Source of the DNA: an uncultured archaeon
GTDB lineage: Archaea; Iainarchaeota; Iainarchaeia; Iainarchaeales; JAAZKV01
NCBI GenBank assembly: GCA_964549775.1
Contig: CAZJVN010000001.1
Location: 21,028 to 85,027, forward strand
Direction of reading: 5' to 3'
DNA length: 64,000 nt
Below are positions 60,377 through 64,000 of this stretch, piece after piece. Each line of letters opens with the position of its first letter. The stretch's first letter is position 1. The notes beneath the pieces are model-generated. The model made no database searches. It was not told where the DNA came from and saw only the letters and a list, made by a program, of their open reading frames with translations. A program made the translations under genes and the position numbers.

Positions 60377-61423
60377 TTATTGTTTTAACCAGTCTTTTAA
60401 TTTCCCTAAAACTACATATTCTTGTTTTTGTAGTTGAGAAATATTTTTACACCCTAACAAAAATGAAGTTATTTGCATTTCTTTTTTGAAATTTTCTAAA
60501 TAAGTTATAATTTCTTTTGAACCATTTTTTGTTTGTGCTTTTAAAATTGGTAAAGCATTTCCGACCATGTCTGCTCCAAGCACTATTGCTTTTGTTGCTT
60601 CAAGTCCGTTTCTTATTCCACCTGAAGCAATTATTTTTTTGTTTGTTCCATGTAGCGCGTTTTTTGTTTCAATTATTGATACTGCTGTTGGTATTCCAAT
60701 ATCTCTAAATTCACCACCAAAACTTTTTTTGTGTCGTAAAGAATCTACTCTTGTCCAACTTGTTCCGCCCGCTCCTTGTGTATCAATTGCAGAAATTTTT
60801 GTTTCACGTAACATCATTGCGGTTTCATAACTTACTCCGTGTCCAACTTCTTTTACATAAACTGGTACACTTAGTGTGTCAGAATATTCTATAATTTTTT
60901 CTACCACTCCTGAAAAGTCTAAATTTCCTTCAGGTTGCATTGCTTCTTGTGCTGCATTAATATGGATTGCAAGAGCATTTGCTTCTATTGCAGAAAGCGC
61001 ACTATCCACCTCTTTTGGATCATATTCTTTTAATTGCGCTGCACCTAAGTTTCCTGAAATAAAAATATCAGGAGCCACATCACGAACAAAATAAGTTTCT
61101 GTGAGTGAAGGTTGCTCAAGCATTGCTCTCATGCTTCCAAGACCCATCCCCACTCCTACTTCTTGAGCCGCAAGTGCAATATCTAAATTCACTTTTTTTG
61201 ATACTTGCGCTCCGCCAGTAATTGCTGAAACTAAAAATGGAAAAGAAAACTTTTTACCCAAAAATTCTGTAGACAAATTAATGTCAGAAAAGTTTATTTG
61301 TGGTAAAGCTAAGTAATTTAGTTCGATAAATTCAAGCAAGGTTGTTTTTTCTTTAAAGGAGACATCTTTTTTTGAACAAAGATCTAAGTGTTCTTTTTTT
61401 CTTTTTTCTATTTGAGAAATCAT
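60377..61423 (-). CDS. fni: Type 2 isopentenyl-diphosphate delta-isomerase
   Basis: RK.EH, AITGG, GSMR, HIN.AQE, KEVG.G, GAGGTSW, ASGGIR. Confidence 0.95.
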   Translation of the reverse strand: MISQIEKRKKEHLDLCSKKDVSFKEKTTLLEFIELNYLALPQINFSDINLSTEFLGKKFSFPFLVSAITGGAQVSKKVNLDIALAAQEVGVGMGLGSMRAMLEQPSLTETYFVRDVAPDIFISGNLGAAQLKEYDPKEVDSALSAIEANALAIHINAAQEAMQPEGNLDFSGVVEKIIEYSDTLSVPVYVKEVGHGVSYETAMMLRETKISAIDTQGAGGTSWTRVDSLRHKKSFGGEFRDIGIPTAVSIIETKNALHGTNKKIIASGGIRNGLEATKAIVLGADMVGNALPILKAQTKNGSKEIITYLENFKKEMQITSFLLGCKNISQLQKQEYVVLGKLKDWLKQ

Positions 61424-61449
61424 AAAATCACTTAAATAAATTTACTAAA

Positions 61450-62217
61450 TTATATTCTTCTTCTTTCTTCATTAATCATTCTTGAGAATTCCCCATATTT
61501 TTCACCAATTTCTTCTTGTATAATTTTTCCTATAGCGTCTTGCATTGCGATAAAAACGAAATGATTTGTAAAAGAAACTAATTTTGGAGAAGGGGTCGAT
61601 TTTGGATTAATTACTAATTGAGCTTTTGTTATTTCTGCAATTAATGATTCGTTTGCAGGATTTTTTAGCATAAGTACAAGAGAAGGATCACTTTTGTTTC
61701 TTGTTTTTCCATCAAAAGCTTCAATAAATAAATTAATTACTCCGTGGTTATTTGAAAATAATCTAACAATTAAAGGTTTATTTTTTTTTGTAAAAGAATG
61801 AAACTCCTCAACCACCTCTACTGGTGCGATTCCTCTCGCTTTTGCTAAAATTGAAGCAGCTTTTCTTAATCGAAATAAATAAAGAATATTTGTTAACTTT
61901 GTTCCCCTAAAACCAAGTCCTAATAAAACTTTTTTTCGAGCATTCATTACTTGTTCATTTTTTTGAACAAACGCTTTTCCTACAAGTTCTTTTACCTCTC
62001 CAAAAGCAGGGGTTTGGGTTATGAAAGCTTCTTTTCTATTTTTTTCTTTTAATTCTCTTTTCTTTGCTTCGACTTCTTTAAGTAAACTTAGATTTATTTT
62101 TTCTCTAACTTCCTTTCCTTTTTTTTGAGAAATAGTTATTATTGTATCATCTTTTGAAGCGTTTCTTATTTTTATCCTTGAAGTTGGATTAGTTTTTGGT
62201 TTTTTGTAAACTGGCAT
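61450..62217 (-). CDS. Basic hypothetical protein
   Basis: Long ORF, Lys/Arg-rich N-terminus starting MPVYKKPK. Confidence 0.75.
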   Translation of the reverse strand: MPVYKKPKTNPTSRIKIRNASKDDTIITISQKKGKEVREKINLSLLKEVEAKKRELKEKNRKEAFITQTPAFGEVKELVGKAFVQKNEQVMNARKKVLLGLGFRGTKLTNILYLFRLRKAASILAKARGIAPVEVVEEFHSFTKKNKPLIVRLFSNNHGVINLFIEAFDGKTRNKSDPSLVLMLKNPANESLIAEITKAQLVINPKSTPSPKLVSFTNHFVFIAMQDAIGKIIQEEIGEKYGEFSRMINEERRRI

Positions 62218-62221
62218 AAAA

Positions 62222-63316
62222 TCACATTTTTCTTTCAACTAAATATTCTGCAAATTTTTGTAACATTATTTTTGCATTGCTTTTTGGTAAAGTTTTGTCT
62301 AGTTTTTTCCAAGCAGTTTCAACTAATTTTTCTGCTTTCTTTTTTGAATATTTTATTCCATCATATTTATTTATTAGGTCTAAAGCTTCTTGTAATATTT
62401 TTTCATCAGTGGCGTGAGAGTCAAGGATTTCTATTAATCTTTTTTTATCTTCTTCACTTGCTACTTGTAGAGTTCTTATTACAATTAGGGTTCTTTTTCC
62501 TTCATGTATATCTCCACAAATACTTCCTTTTCCTTCTTTAAATTTGCTTTCAGTTAATTCTAGTATGTCATCTTGTATTTGAAATCCTACTCCTACAATT
62601 TGCCCAAAATCGGCCAACGCATTTTGTTGACTCTTGTTTGCTCCCCCAATTATTGCTCCAAGTTCGCAAGCAAATCTAGTCAATACTCCAGTTTTACATA
62701 AACACATGTTCAAGTATTGTTTTTCGTTCGGAGTGTATCCTCCTTTGTGCCAAGCAATGTCCCATGCTTGTCCACTCGATACTCTTAACATTTCTGTTAA
62801 ATACAAGTCTTGTATTGCTGCTTTCTTTTTTTCACTTAATTTAAATTCATTTGTAATTATTTTTGCCATTGGCCAATAATACATTATTGTTCCAGTATTC
62901 ACTGCTGTATCTACTCCAAATATTTTGTGTACACAAGCTTTTCCCCTTCTTGCAATTGAATCATCTTCCACATCATCGCACATTAATGTTCCGTTGTGAA
63001 TGATTTCAACTATTGGAGCTAATTTTTTTGCTTTATCATATTCTCCTCCAACTGCTTCTGCTGAAAGACAAGCTAAAACGGGTCTAAATCTTTTTCCCCC
63101 TCTGTCGAGTAAATCCCAAATTGGTTCATTTACTCCTTTTGTGTAAGCAACTAAGTCAAGTTCAAAAACGGTTTTTCCAAGAACACTTTCTATCCATTTT
63201 TTATTAGCTGTTCTTGGGATGTAATTTTCTATTTCTTTTTCTATTTCTGGGACTTTTAATTTTAAAAATTCTTTAATCTCCATTTTTGTTTCTTTATCAG
63301 TTACTTTATATCCCAA
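62222..63316 (-). CDS. Polyprenyl diphosphate synthase (GGPP synthase-like)
   Basis: GGKRFRP, DDVED..RRG, GQ.WD, KT, FQIQDD, DIHEGK. Confidence 0.93.
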   Translation of the reverse strand: MGYKVTDKETKMEIKEFLKLKVPEIEKEIENYIPRTANKKWIESVLGKTVFELDLVAYTKGVNEPIWDLLDRGGKRFRPVLACLSAEAVGGEYDKAKKLAPIVEIIHNGTLMCDDVEDDSIARRGKACVHKIFGVDTAVNTGTIMYYWPMAKIITNEFKLSEKKKAAIQDLYLTEMLRVSSGQAWDIAWHKGGYTPNEKQYLNMCLCKTGVLTRFACELGAIIGGANKSQQNALADFGQIVGVGFQIQDDILELTESKFKEGKGSICGDIHEGKRTLIVIRTLQVASEEDKKRLIEILDSHATDEKILQEALDLINKYDGIKYSKKKAEKLVETAWKKLDKTLPKSNAKIMLQKFAEYLVERKM

Positions 63317-63420
63317 AAAAATCTCCCCCTTTAATTAAGTTCTAAAAAATTTAGTTCTTTTAGCCTTAATTAAATTATGGTTAGATGTGTTATTAAAAGT
63401 TATTAATGGACAAAATTGGA

Positions 63421-63999
63421 TTAAATTTGATTGTTTAAAAACTGTAAATCAAATTTTTTTTCAAGTAGTTCTAAAAATTCTTTAATCCTTTCTTCATTAA
63501 CTTTACAACCTGCCGCAATTTTGTGCCCCCCTCCTTCTACCCCACTTAACTCTGACGAAATTTCTTTGAACGCTTTACCCAAATTAATTCCTTTCCTTAG
63601 TAAAGAAGAGGTTGCTCTTCCTGAAACTTTTATTGTACCATCAGAATTCTTTGCAAGTGCAATTATTGGTTTATCTTCTCTAATTACTGATCCATAAAGC
63701 ATTCCTGCAATTATTCCAACTAAAGAATCTTGTATTTGGTCACTCGCATCAAAAAAATAATAATTTTTTCTTTCCTCAACTCCCTTTTCGAAAACAAATT
63801 GTATTCCTTTTGCAAGGGCAGTTCTATGCTCTTGAATTAACCCTAACAACTCTCCATATTCTTCAGCAAGATTTCTATTACCTAAGCAAACTTTTAAACC
63901 AATTTCTGGTCTTGCATGTCTCCCGCAAGAATTTAGTGCAGTCGCAAATTCTTTTGCATCACGAAGAGGAGATTTTCTTTCTTCTAAAAGTAAAGTGTA
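63421..63999 (-). CDS. C-terminal part of RecJ/GAN (Cdc45-like) DHH protein, runs off the window end
   Basis: Frame stays open beyond the ORF track: LRDAKEFATALNSCGRH, KVSGR, GGGH.IAAG (DHHA1). Confidence 0.85.
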   Translation of the reverse strand, partial: YTLLLEERKSPLRDAKEFATALNSCGRHARPEIGLKVCLGNRNLAEEYGELLGLIQEHRTALAKGIQFVFEKGVEERKNYYFFDASDQIQDSLVGIIAGMLYGSVIREDKPIIALAKNSDGTIKVSGRATSSLLRKGINLGKAFKEISSELSGVEGGGHKIAAGCKVNEERIKEFLELLEKKFDLQFLNNQI

Positions 64000-64000
64000 A

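Noticed and set aside
1064..63697. Many short antisense or alternate-frame ORFs in the track (e.g. 20318-20926, 24488-24949, 41011-41433, 13934-14185)
   Set aside because: They lie inside well-supported genes and show shadow-ORF composition without motifs

Overview
AT-rich archaeal chromosome segment, inferred to be DPANN (most like Diapherotrites/Iainarchaeota, from gene content and the style of the large surface proteins; not verified). Left to right: a tatA-tatC-tatA cluster, nac, small orphans with long hairpin leaders, a nucleotidyltransferase, Hel308, three large surface/secreted proteins, sepF, cdc6 with a candidate origin, PolD (DP2, DP1), a NOG1 GTPase, secF-secD, an archaeosortase/exosortase-carS-DUF92 unit, eS1/uS15/Bud32, grpE-dnaK-dnaJ with a divergent wHTH regulator, ADP-forming acetate-CoA ligase, Dus, DTD2 and ITPase. 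The right third is an ~18 kb same-strand cluster running from pyruvate:ferredoxin oxidoreductase through the complete archaeal (Aeropyrum-type) mevalonate pathway to IDI-2 and a polyprenyl diphosphate synthase, followed by the 3' part of a GAN/RecJ-like DHH gene. No rRNA, tRNA, CRISPR array or transposase was recognised. All calls come from motif recognition by eye; no database search was run.
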